Shown here: positions 1 to 6,610 of the stretch, piece after piece | How the letters are laid out: the number at the start of each line of letters is the position of its first letter | Numbering within the stretch: position 1 is the first letter of the stretch | Source of the DNA: a virus | DNA length: 41,538 bases | IMG/VR virus record: IMGVR_UViG_3300045988_148476 | Direction: 5' to 3' (one strand) | Program-made: the position numbers and the translations under genes | The notes under the pieces: model-generated | Seen by the model: the letters and a program-made list of their open reading frames with translations, nothing else | Told to the model about the DNA's origin: nothing | Database searches by the model: none

Positions 1-55
1 AGCAAAGCGGCTATTTTTCAACCCGCTCTCAGCTCAGCGCGTCCTTCAACTTGCT
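1..55. repeat. 55-nt terminal direct repeat, left copy (att core or circular-assembly overlap)
   Basis: nt 1-55 are identical (55/55) to nt 41484-41538, read directly. Lies ~50 nt downstream of the integrase stop codon. Confidence 0.9.
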
Positions 56-105
56 GAAGAACCACCGTTTGCAGGAATGGCGTGATTCCAACGTTTCTGA
101 GGGTT

Positions 106-1290
106 TCAAGCATGTTCCAAAACGTTTTTGCCCACATTTTGCCCACATTCTTCCACGCCCGTCTCCACCTGCACGGCGGCATCGAGCAGACGGGCAACAT
201 CCATCAGGTCGCTGTCGAACAGATCCGCGTACACGTCCAACGTCATGCTCGCGTTCTTGTGGCCCAGCATCCGCTGCAGCGCCTTGACGTTCGCGCCCGC
301 GTGCACGGCCAGCGAGGCGGCGGTGTGCCGCAGGTCATGAGGCGTGGGCCATTCCTCCTTCGGCCAGCCCAGGCGCACCAGCGCGTGATACCACCAGCCG
401 GTCGTCTTCGCCGTGCTCTGCTTCATGATCGGGCCGCCCCGCAGATCACGAAACACCCTTTCGTCCGGCTCGCGTTCCCCGCATATCGGTTTCAGCGCTT
501 CCATGACGATGAGAGGCATGGGCACGTCGCGTTCCTCGCTGTTCTTCGGAGTGCCCTCGACCCATCTTGCCCCGACGTACACGAGGTTGCCGCCCACATG
601 CAGCACTCCCCTGTCGAAGTCCAGATCGTGGGCTTTTAACGCCGCCGCCTCGCCCCAACGCAACCCGCAGAACCCCAACGTCAGCACGAGCGCCCGCCGC
701 TCCGCTCCCAGATGCTTTCCTCTGGCGCATTCGTCGGCGAATGCGAGCAGACGGGATATGGGCAGGTACACGCGGCGGCTCTTGCGCCTCGGCGGTTTGG
801 GGAGTTCGACGTTTTCACAGGGGTTGTCGAGTATGAGCCTGTCCCGGACGGCCATGCGGCAGATGCCGAGCATGGTCTGGTATGGACGGCTTACGGATGA
901 AGCGCCGGCGCTCGCGATGATGTCGCTGATCCACGCCTGGACCTCGGCGCGGGTGATGGTGCCGATCCGACGATCGGCCCAACGCTCCTCGCAGTAGAGT
1001 CGCCATGCTTCCGTGGCGTTGACCCGCGTGGTTTCCTTCCAAAACGGCCATTTTTCCTTCAGCCACTGCTCATACAGGTCTCCGACGAGCCGTTTGCCGC
1101 CTTCCGGATCCACGTAGCTGTTGGTTGCCTTGGCGATGGTGACGTGTTCTGCCGCCCAGTTTTCGGCGTCGATTTTACGGCGGAAGCCCCTCTTGTCGGT
1201 CTGCGTGCCATCCGGTTTCCGGTAGCGGACTCGATACCTGTTTTCGCCTTTGGCCGTCCTGTATCTGGTGATGTTCGCCATGATTTTCAC
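106..1290 (-). CDS. int: Tyrosine recombinase / phage integrase
   Basis: 394-aa ORF. Catalytic residues occur in order: R (GLRWGEAAAL), HxxR (HDLRHTAAS), H (LGHKN), Y (LDVYADL). N-terminal arm-binding-like segment ITRYRTAKGENRYRVRYRKPDG. Start is GTG at 1290 or, more likely, ATG at 1281 (MANITRY). Confidence 0.93.
   Translation of the reverse strand: MKIMANITRYRTAKGENRYRVRYRKPDGTQTDKRGFRRKIDAENWAAEHVTIAKATNSYVDPEGGKRLVGDLYEQWLKEKWPFWKETTRVNATEAWRLYCEERWADRRIGTITRAEVQAWISDIIASAGASSVSRPYQTMLGICRMAVRDRLILDNPCENVELPKPPRRKSRRVYLPISRLLAFADECARGKHLGAERRALVLTLGFCGLRWGEAAALKAHDLDFDRGVLHVGGNLVYVGARWVEGTPKNSEERDVPMPLIVMEALKPICGEREPDERVFRDLRGGPIMKQSTAKTTGWWYHALVRLGWPKEEWPTPHDLRHTAASLAVHAGANVKALQRMLGHKNASMTLDVYADLFDSDLMDVARLLDAAVQVETGVEECGQNVGKNVLEHA
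125..149. repeat. 25-nt repeat TTTTTGCCCACATTTTGCCCACATT (tandem TTTTGCCCACA x2); candidate integrase arm-type site (P' side), inside the int 3' end
   Basis: Exact 25/25 match to 41387-41411. The two copies flank the 55-nt core at about 70 nt on each side once the ends are joined. Confidence 0.7.
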
Positions 1291-1300
1291 TCACTTGTAC

Positions 1301-1355
1301 GGTTTTTCCGGTTTTAACGTGTTTTAACCGGTTTTGATGTGTTTTAATGGGATTT
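1301..1355. repeat. Six 10-bp-phased GTTTT(A/T/G)A-type repeats immediately upstream of int
   Basis: ggtttttccg/gttttaacgt/gttttaaccg/gttttgatgt/gttttaatgg/gatttgacaa: GTTTT begins at 1302, 1311, 1321, 1331 and 1341 (GATTT at 1351). An inverted array (GTTAAAAC) lies at 41426-41460. Confidence 0.8.
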
Positions 1356-1415
1356 GACAAAGGGAAGGGAAACACGTAGGCTATCCCCTTACGCCAAAAT
1401 CGAAAGGAGGCGGCC

Positions 1416-1589
1416 ATGACCATGACGGATACCGGCGTGAAGCCAATACCGGCGTACGCGCCGCCCGAGGACGGCAAGCCACGCAACGCCGTGGACGAGA
1501 AATGGATGCGACTGCACCGCGCGATGATGAACCGTCCGGCACGACTCGCGAAGAAGGCGCAGAAGATTGAGAATAGCGATCGTCACTAG
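1416..1589 (+). CDS. Small hypothetical protein (57 aa), below the ORF-track cutoff
   Basis: ATG at 1416 lies 6 nt after a strong SD (AAAGGAGG, 1403-1410). Translation is MTMTDTGVKPIPAYAPPEDGKPRNAVDEKWMRLHRAMMNRPARLAKKAQKIENSDRH. It overlaps the TTG start of the GNAT gene by 23 nt. Confidence 0.4.
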   Translation: MTMTDTGVKPIPAYAPPEDGKPRNAVDEKWMRLHRAMMNRPARLAKKAQKIENSDRH

Positions 1590-2127
1590 TCGCCTGTGCG
1601 ACTCCGGCGACCAGCTCGCATTGCGTCGCTTCGTCTGCTGCGAGCCGAACGGCCCGGAGTACGCGATGGACGTGCAGCGCTATATCCGCGGACTCCGCGT
1701 CAAGGACGAGCCGGGGATGTACCGGATGGTTCTCCAGTACGGGGAAACCCCGAACGCTCCCATCGTCGGCTTCTGCGAGTTCGGATACGACCCCGCCGCC
1801 CCGGAATCCAGTGGTTACGCGATATCGTTCATCGCCACCGCGTTGAGCGAACGCGGCCGGCATCTCGGTGCGATACTGTTGGACTGCGCGCTGCGATGGA
1901 TGGCGAACGACGCCGCCAGACACGGGCGCACCCCGTACGTGCTTACACAGATCGACCCCCGGAACGAGGCCAGCGTTCACCTTTTCTCCGGCGCGGGCTT
2001 CGAGAACGAGGGGCGGGATGAGAACGACCCCGAATTCGACATCTGGTCGAAGGAATTCGAACCGCTCGCCACGGACAGACTCTACTTCTACTCCCCCATC
2101 ATGATTGACGAGGACGATAAGAACTGA
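1567..2127 (+). CDS. GNAT-family N-acetyltransferase
   Basis: Acetyl-CoA motif A (RGRHLGAILLDCAL) and a beta-strand/helix order typical of the GNAT fold. Start is uncertain: TTG at 1567 gives the full fold; ATG at 1666 has a GGAG SD. Confidence 0.8.
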   Translation: MRIAIVTSRLCDSGDQLALRRFVCCEPNGPEYAMDVQRYIRGLRVKDEPGMYRMVLQYGETPNAPIVGFCEFGYDPAAPESSGYAISFIATALSERGRHLGAILLDCALRWMANDAARHGRTPYVLTQIDPRNEASVHLFSGAGFENEGRDENDPEFDIWSKEFEPLATDRLYFYSPIMIDEDDKN

Positions 2128-2250
2128 CATTTCAGGTATGGCTTCGCCCCGTGTAGGATGGGAGGCGAAGCGTCCTCCTTTCTGATAAGCAAGCTGGTCG
2201 ATGTTTCACACGCCCTGCCGATGTTCCAGATCGACAGGGCAATTCTTTTT

Positions 2251-3060
2251 CTATCGATTAACCACGTAATTCGGGTCGGTGACTATATAGGAGTAGTTGT
2301 CCTCCCCGCCGGTGCCGGAATACACGTCTCCGACGTCGCGGAATGCTATGGCAACCATCTTCGCGTCCAATGGAACCTGGAACGGATAGGTGACCGTGCT
2401 GGTCAATCCCGGCTGGAGCTGGGCGTTGCACTCGGGGTTGCCTTCGACCTGATACAGATTCTTGATGGGCGTGTATTTCTGGTTCTTCGAGTTCAACGCG
2501 ACTATCTCATAGGGGTAGCTGCAGGTGATGTCCATCGGACTGCTGGTGTTGTTCGTGACCTCCACCTTGGCCACCCAGTACTTGGTGTTCGCGTCCGGTG
2601 TCTTTGGCCCGTATTGGCCGTTGCTGCATCCGTCGCCGCATGTGTCGAAGCTGATGGTGGGCTGTTCGCCGGCTTCTAGGACCTTCATTTCGACGCCGCC
2701 GCTGACGGCGGTCTCCCCCGTGCCCGAAGCGTCGGTGTTGGATCCCGTGTCGTTGGGATCTTCCTGGGGGTTGAGTTTTTCGTTCGCGTCGGCTAGCTGC
2801 GCTTTGACGGAGTCCAATGATGTATTGAGGTCTTGGATGTCCGACTTCTGCTGGTTGATGATGGGCGTGGCGTACAGGTACATGCCTCCGAGTCCGCCGG
2901 CAAGGCCGACGACCAGTCCTATGGCTGCGGCGATGGCGATGAGGGCCGGTATCGGGAGCTTCTTCTTCGGCGTCGGCTGTGGTGTAAGCGGCATGGTTGC
3001 GGGCTGCGTGCCCTGCGGTGTTGGTGGCTGCTGTGCCTGCATGGGGGTTGACTCGGTCAT
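2251..3060 (-). CDS. Membrane-anchored extracellular beta-sandwich (DUF4352-like) protein; candidate superinfection-exclusion factor
   Basis: P/Q/T-rich N-terminus, one TM helix (IPALIAIAAAIGLVVGLAGGLGG), a coiled segment, then KYWVAKVEVTNNTSSPMDI...LQPGLTSTVTYPFQVP, the pattern typical of DUF4352 Ig-like domains. G+C is lower than in flanking genes. Confidence 0.8.
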   Translation of the reverse strand: MTESTPMQAQQPPTPQGTQPATMPLTPQPTPKKKLPIPALIAIAAAIGLVVGLAGGLGGMYLYATPIINQQKSDIQDLNTSLDSVKAQLADANEKLNPQEDPNDTGSNTDASGTGETAVSGGVEMKVLEAGEQPTISFDTCGDGCSNGQYGPKTPDANTKYWVAKVEVTNNTSSPMDITCSYPYEIVALNSKNQKYTPIKNLYQVEGNPECNAQLQPGLTSTVTYPFQVPLDAKMVAIAFRDVGDVYSGTGGEDNYSYIVTDPNYVVNR

Positions 3061-3077
3061 TGTCTTCTTCTTTCTCG

Positions 3078-3290
3078 CTATTGCCTAGACCACGTTCCGC
3101 AGTCCTGAAGTTTGAGCTGTTGGCCATCCGAGACAGTCACTTGTGGGTAGCCACCGCCTGGAATGTCGTTCTGTACTATGTCGGCTCCATTGTTGACTGT
3201 GATTTCCCAATAGCACTGAGAAGGCACCTGCGAATTAGCACGGTATGTCCCGGCCTCTATTCTTTTATTCCAAAGTTGTATCGCTTCCAT
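3078..3290 (-). CDS. Small hypothetical protein (about 70 aa; ORF open to 3320)
   Basis: Fills the gap between the lipoprotein gene and the 2251-3060 gene on the same strand. Overlaps the lipoprotein 3' end. No recognisable motif. Could instead be a frameshifted continuation of the lipoprotein gene. Confidence 0.4.
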   Translation of the reverse strand: MEAIQLWNKRIEAGTYRANSQVPSQCYWEITVNNGADIVQNDIPGGGYPQVTVSDGQQLKLQDCGTWSRQ

Positions 3291-3855
3291 CAGCGGGACA
3301 TGTCGCCACATCCCGGCCATCGATGGATAGCGTCGCGTTCCACTTGATGCCGGTGCCGCGAATATCCTGGTTGGGAAGCAACGCGTAGAAGGTGCCGTCC
3401 TGAAGCGTCACCAAATCATTCCAGGTTCCGAGATTATTCTGCTTGCTTGTTTCCATGTCGAACACGCCCACAGAGGTTTCATGGGAGTTGACTATGTTTT
3501 TGAAGCCTGCCTGCCATGATTCTCCAGCATCATTTGTGAACATGATGAAATAACCGTAGAAGTCGCTCGTTTGTATCAGATTGTTGTTCGGTATTTCAAC
3601 TTGAATTTTGTATGAGTTGGTGTTGACCTTCACCGATTGGAGTCTTGGATCAGAGCCGGAACATTCGCCGTGCAGGCCATTATCAATCAATGGTTCCTGA
3701 CCGTCTTCAGAATTGGTCCCTTTAATGGCATCTTCGGCTTCCGACTGGGTTTCAGCTTTGTCGGCGGCTGTCGATTCCTTACTCACGCCACAGGCAGTGA
3801 GGAATCCGAACATTAATAGCAATGCTACAACTGCGGTTACTTTCTTTCCGTGCAT
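3265..3855 (-). CDS. Secreted lipoprotein (prophage-expressed; candidate superinfection-exclusion factor)
   Basis: Signal peptide with lipobox MHGKKVTAVVALLLMFGFLTAC-G. Mature part is beta-rich. Lower G+C. Sits in the repressor operon. Confidence 0.85.
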   Translation of the reverse strand: MHGKKVTAVVALLLMFGFLTACGVSKESTAADKAETQSEAEDAIKGTNSEDGQEPLIDNGLHGECSGSDPRLQSVKVNTNSYKIQVEIPNNNLIQTSDFYGYFIMFTNDAGESWQAGFKNIVNSHETSVGVFDMETSKQNNLGTWNDLVTLQDGTFYALLPNQDIRGTGIKWNATLSIDGRDVATCPADGSDTTLE

Positions 3856-4259
3856 GTCTTATCCTTTCCCTGCGCAACAGCTCCGTTATGCAGCAGTTCT
3901 TTGTAATCTTCCACGACCTGTACGGTCACGTCGAGCGCCTGTGCGATGAGGAAACTGTCTCCCTCGTACATTTGTTCGGCGATTGCGTATTCGGTCGGGT
4001 TGATGAGTCGGAGCACGGTTTCGCGTCTGGCTCGTCTCTCGGCTTTTGACCCGTTCGGGTCGCAGCCTCGATCGTGGTGCCTAGCGTGAGCAAGCTCGTG
4101 GGCGAGCGTGCAACGTCGGGCGAAGTCTGGGAGCGTCTCGTCGATGATGATGAGTCGCGTGGGTTCGTAGTAGCAGCCGCAGCGTCCGGGCGATAGTTCT
4201 CGTTCCCGGACTTTGACGCCGAGTCTCAACGCTTCGGCGAGTAGATCCTCATATCCCAT
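3837..4259 (-). CDS. ImmA/IrrE-family zinc metallopeptidase (anti-repressor protease)
   Basis: HExxH motif in TLAHELAHARHHD. Lies directly downstream (8 nt) of the XRE repressor, as in immR-immA modules. Start chosen at MGYEDLL (4259). Confidence 0.85.
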   Translation of the reverse strand: MGYEDLLAEALRLGVKVRERELSPGRCGCYYEPTRLIIIDETLPDFARRCTLAHELAHARHHDRGCDPNGSKAERRARRETVLRLINPTEYAIAEQMYEGDSFLIAQALDVTVQVVEDYKELLHNGAVAQGKDKTCTERK

Positions 4260-4266
4260 AAAGCCT

Positions 4267-4647
4267 CTATTCGCGGGGTGTGGTGGCTTCGTTTTCCTTG
4301 TTTGGGTCGTCGTTCGCGGCCACGTCGAACTGTTCTGGGTTGGCGGCAATGCGGTCGGCCATCTCGTCGGCGGCGCGTTCCGCCTCGATGCGGCTGGCCT
4401 CGGCGAGTATGTCTCTCACCGTCTGCACGGGGTCAGCGCCGCATACGTCACAGATAAGCAGGAACTCAGAGAGCCTGACAGGAGCTTTAAGGCCATTGCG
4501 AATATCGCGCACGCGGTTATAGCCGATAGAACTTTTTGAGGCCCTGTCGACGGCGGAGTTATTCATGCCAGCGCGCTCGATTACCCGATTCATCGCCTTT
4601 GCGGCCACCTCATCTACGAGATTCCGCTCTCTCTTGTTCGTTGCCAT
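4267..4647 (-). CDS. XRE-family (cI-like) phage repressor
   Basis: HTH segment (AGMNNSAVDRASKSSIGYNRVRDIRNG). Divergent from the early operon across an operator-bearing intergenic region. Start at MATNKRE (4647). Confidence 0.85.
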   Translation of the reverse strand: MATNKRERNLVDEVAAKAMNRVIERAGMNNSAVDRASKSSIGYNRVRDIRNGLKAPVRLSEFLLICDVCGADPVQTVRDILAEASRIEAERAADEMADRIAANPEQFDVAANDDPNKENEATTPRE

Positions 4648-4656
4648 ATATGCAAC

Positions 4657-4732
4657 TATAGCAGACACGCCGAGCACTTGCTACAAAATATAGCAGGCGC
4701 TATATTGAATATCAGTTAGAGCAGGCGCTATA
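4657..4732. promoter_or_regulatory. Genetic-switch operators: palindrome TATAGCAGGCGCTATA (4689-4704), near-copy TAGAGCAGGCGCTATA (4717-4732), half-site-like TATAGCAGACACGC (4657-4670)
   Basis: Repeats read directly in the 97-nt divergent region between the repressor start (4647) and the first rightward ORF (4745). Confidence 0.65.
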
Positions 4733-4744
4733 GAGGAGGTCAGA

Positions 4745-4909
4745 ATGAGTGAGGAAATCCGAATCGAGAACCACGAGGAGCCGGGCAGACCGCTGAAGGT
4801 CAGGCGACTGGCCGATGGCCGGGTCGAGGTCCGAATCGGGGACATGGGAATCACCGACACGACCATCACCCTCACCCCCGAAGAATTCGACCAGCTCAAG
4901 AACCTCTGA
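4745..4909 (+). CDS. Small early protein (54 aa), first rightward gene
   Basis: ATG at 4745 after SD AGAGGAGG (4732-4739). Translation is MSEEIRIENHEEPGRPLKVRRLADGRVEVRIGDMGITDTTITLTPEEFDQLKNL. Below the ORF-track cutoff. Confidence 0.5.
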   Translation: MSEEIRIENHEEPGRPLKVRRLADGRVEVRIGDMGITDTTITLTPEEFDQLKNL

Positions 4910-4943
4910 CAGAAGACCCAAGGCAGAAAGGAGACTCAGGCAC

Positions 4944-5258
4944 ATGAGCGAGCCAATCAAACGCAAGGCATCGGCGGCAGGCATCGGACGCGAGCCGGCA
5001 CTGCCGGTCAAACCCGGCATGGATAAGGTCGCCAGCAAACTCACCAGACAGGCGCGCGCCCGGCTACGCCGCGGCAACGTGCCAGACACCCAAGTGGCCC
5101 GCGCTGCCTCGGTCAACCGAATGACCATCCAATCGTTCCGCACCGGCGCGCCACGCAACGACATGAGCCTGAGCATGTTCCTCGCCGTACTCAACGAGAC
5201 CGGCGGCGACCCAGCAAAAGCCATCGCTACCGCGCTCGCTGATAAGGAGGTGGCGTGA
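4944..5258 (+). CDS. HTH DNA-binding protein (Cro/antirepressor-like early regulator)
   Basis: ATG at 4944 after AAAGGAG. HTH segment DTQVARAASVNRMTIQSFRTG. Confidence 0.75.
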   Translation: MSEPIKRKASAAGIGREPALPVKPGMDKVASKLTRQARARLRRGNVPDTQVARAASVNRMTIQSFRTGAPRNDMSLSMFLAVLNETGGDPAKAIATALADKEVA

Positions 5259-5464
5259 TGGATGACTTCGTTTACCACCCGTCATTGGAACATGCGAAGG
5301 ATTTCGACGCGCTTCTCGATGAGGAGCCTTCATCGGAACGCGGCGGAATCTCCGCTAAACCGGCAACGTTCCAGTTCGGTAACGACAAGTGCGTTGTCAC
5401 CTATTCAAAGGTCCGTGTAATCGATAACACCAAGGCAATGGAATTCATCAGGAGTCTGAAATGA
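5255..5464 (+). CDS. Hypothetical early protein
   Basis: 69-aa ORF. GTGATG start overlaps the upstream stop, with AAGGAGG SD. Confidence 0.6.
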   Translation: MMDDFVYHPSLEHAKDFDALLDEEPSSERGGISAKPATFQFGNDKCVVTYSKVRVIDNTKAMEFIRSLK

Positions 5465-6077
5465 GCTGCTTCCCGGGAATGAAACTCACGCGACGGGTCA
5501 CATGCGGCCTGTCGTCCCCCTCGAATCGCCATTCGATTACCCCCACCGCCCTGCCATTTTCCATGCCAGGAGCCAGATACTCGACGCTGTCGCCCTGCGG
5601 GCAACGGAATGGCGTATGCCGTCTGCTGTCGAACGGCAATCCCCGCGCATCCGTATGCACCGACAGCACCTCGACTGTCCGCTTGCCGGTGTTCTTGATC
5701 CTGAACCCGTCGCCGGACATCCATTCGGCATCGCCCCAGGGATCCGCGTCTATGTCGGCATTGGAGAGCACTTCCACAAGATTCTTGAGTTGTTCGACCT
5801 GTGCGCGAAGTGCCTTGGCCATGTTATCCGCTGTGTCCCTCTGGCTTTTGAGCACCGCCAGATGGGCGTCGAACTTCTCCTGCGCATCCTTGGCCTCACG
5901 TTTCGCGGCTTTGCCCTCCAGATATTTGGACGTGAACCACGCCACCGGGGAGAGCACGATTCCCAGAACCGTGATCGCCAAGTCCATCCAGGCTGTCGGG
6001 TTCTGCGCGAAATCCCCCTGTATCAGATTCCACAACCATGTGACCATCACCGACTTCTTTCTCATAGGAGCATTCAT
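5448..6077 (-). CDS. Membrane-anchored protein (TM + coiled coil + C-terminal beta domain), antisense to the early operon
   Basis: 209-aa ORF. TM helix AWMDLAITVLGIVLSPVAWF, a coiled region (AKDAQEKFDAHLAVLKSQRDTADNMAKALRAQVEQLKNL), then FRIKNTGKRTVEVLSV...APGMENGRAVGVIEW. Confidence 0.7.
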   Translation of the reverse strand: MNAPMRKKSVMVTWLWNLIQGDFAQNPTAWMDLAITVLGIVLSPVAWFTSKYLEGKAAKREAKDAQEKFDAHLAVLKSQRDTADNMAKALRAQVEQLKNLVEVLSNADIDADPWGDAEWMSGDGFRIKNTGKRTVEVLSVHTDARGLPFDSRRHTPFRCPQGDSVEYLAPGMENGRAVGVIEWRFEGDDRPHVTRRVSFIPGKQLISDS

Positions 6078-6158
6078 GATGAATCTACCGCATCATGCGT
6101 CCCATCGTCCCATCCGCACCGCAACCATTCCGGCGCTCGCCGGCAAGGAGGTGGCGTG

Positions 6159-6299
6159 ATGAACGGTCCGACGGTTCTTATAATCGCGCTTTTCCTTCTG
6201 AATATCGGGTTGTCCATCAAGAACGAGCTTGACCTTCGTGAGATCGAGCGCGCTCGACGTAAGCGCGCTTCACTTCGACCATCGGAACGGATGGAGTGA
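6159..6299 (+). CDS. Small single-TM protein (46 aa)
   Basis: ATG at 6159 preceded by the same 17-nt AAGGAGGTGGCGTGATG junction seen at 5244-5260. Translation is MNGPTVLIIALFLLNIGLSIKNELDLREIERARRKRASLRPSERME. Confidence 0.45.
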   Translation: MNGPTVLIIALFLLNIGLSIKNELDLREIERARRKRASLRPSERME

Positions 6300-6610
6300 T
6301 GGATGTCGAGTTTTGTCCGGCGGAGGATGTCGAACGGGCGGCCTTGATGGAACTGGATCGGATGGGGGCTTTCGACTTCGATCCGGTAAACGAGATCATT
6401 GATATCGTTTCAGCTGCCATGGGCTTAGCGTTATCCCTTCTACGGCTCCTAGATGTATGGCCGCGTCAAACACGCATCGTAATTCTCGTTGCGATTGCGG
6501 TCTTCCTGCTCGTATTCGCCGCAGTGCCGGATGAGCGCGATCCAACCGAACGTCATCCGAGGTTTTTGGGTGCACTGTCCTTGGTCTTGTGCGCCACCAC
6601 AGCCCTATAA
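6296..6610 (+). CDS. Hypothetical membrane protein
   Basis: 104-aa ORF, start-stop coupled to 6159-6299. Hydrophobic stretches AAMGLALSLLRLL and IVILVAIAVFLLVFAAV. T-rich second codon positions. Its 3' 215 nt overlap the convergent ORF 6396-7070. Confidence 0.5.
   Translation: MMDVEFCPAEDVERAALMELDRMGAFDFDPVNEIIDIVSAAMGLALSLLRLLDVWPRQTRIVILVAIAVFLLVFAAVPDERDPTERHPRFLGALSLVLCATTAL

Noticed and set aside
1-55. Whether the att core could be the 3' end of a tRNA gene, the common target of actinobacterial prophages.
   Set aside because: Neither strand has a T-arm/acceptor-like sequence (no GGTTCGAATCC-type motif and no CCA-proximal stem). The alternative, that it is the 3' end of a protein-coding gene, is only a guess.
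18-340. Small ORFs overlapping the integrase 3' end (18-200 minus; 51-287, 82-639 and 128-340 plus).
   Set aside because: They lie inside or antisense to the well-supported integrase gene and the att region, and their translations are low-complexity.
3078-3320. Whether the 80-aa ORF overlapping the lipoprotein 3' end indicates a pseudogenised (frameshifted) longer lipoprotein.
   Set aside because: There is no homopolymer or obvious slip site in the 3265-3320 overlap, and I cannot compare with orthologues. It is reported as a low-confidence separate CDS instead.
5461-6159. 232-aa and 265-aa plus-strand ORFs (5461-6159, 5502-6299) opposite the 5448-6077 gene.
   Set aside because: Their translations are Ser/Pro/Arg/Cys-rich and low-complexity, with no start context. 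Only the short 3' portion from ATG 6159 (with a strong SD) looks translatable. The minus-strand product has a coherent TM/coiled-coil/beta-domain architecture.
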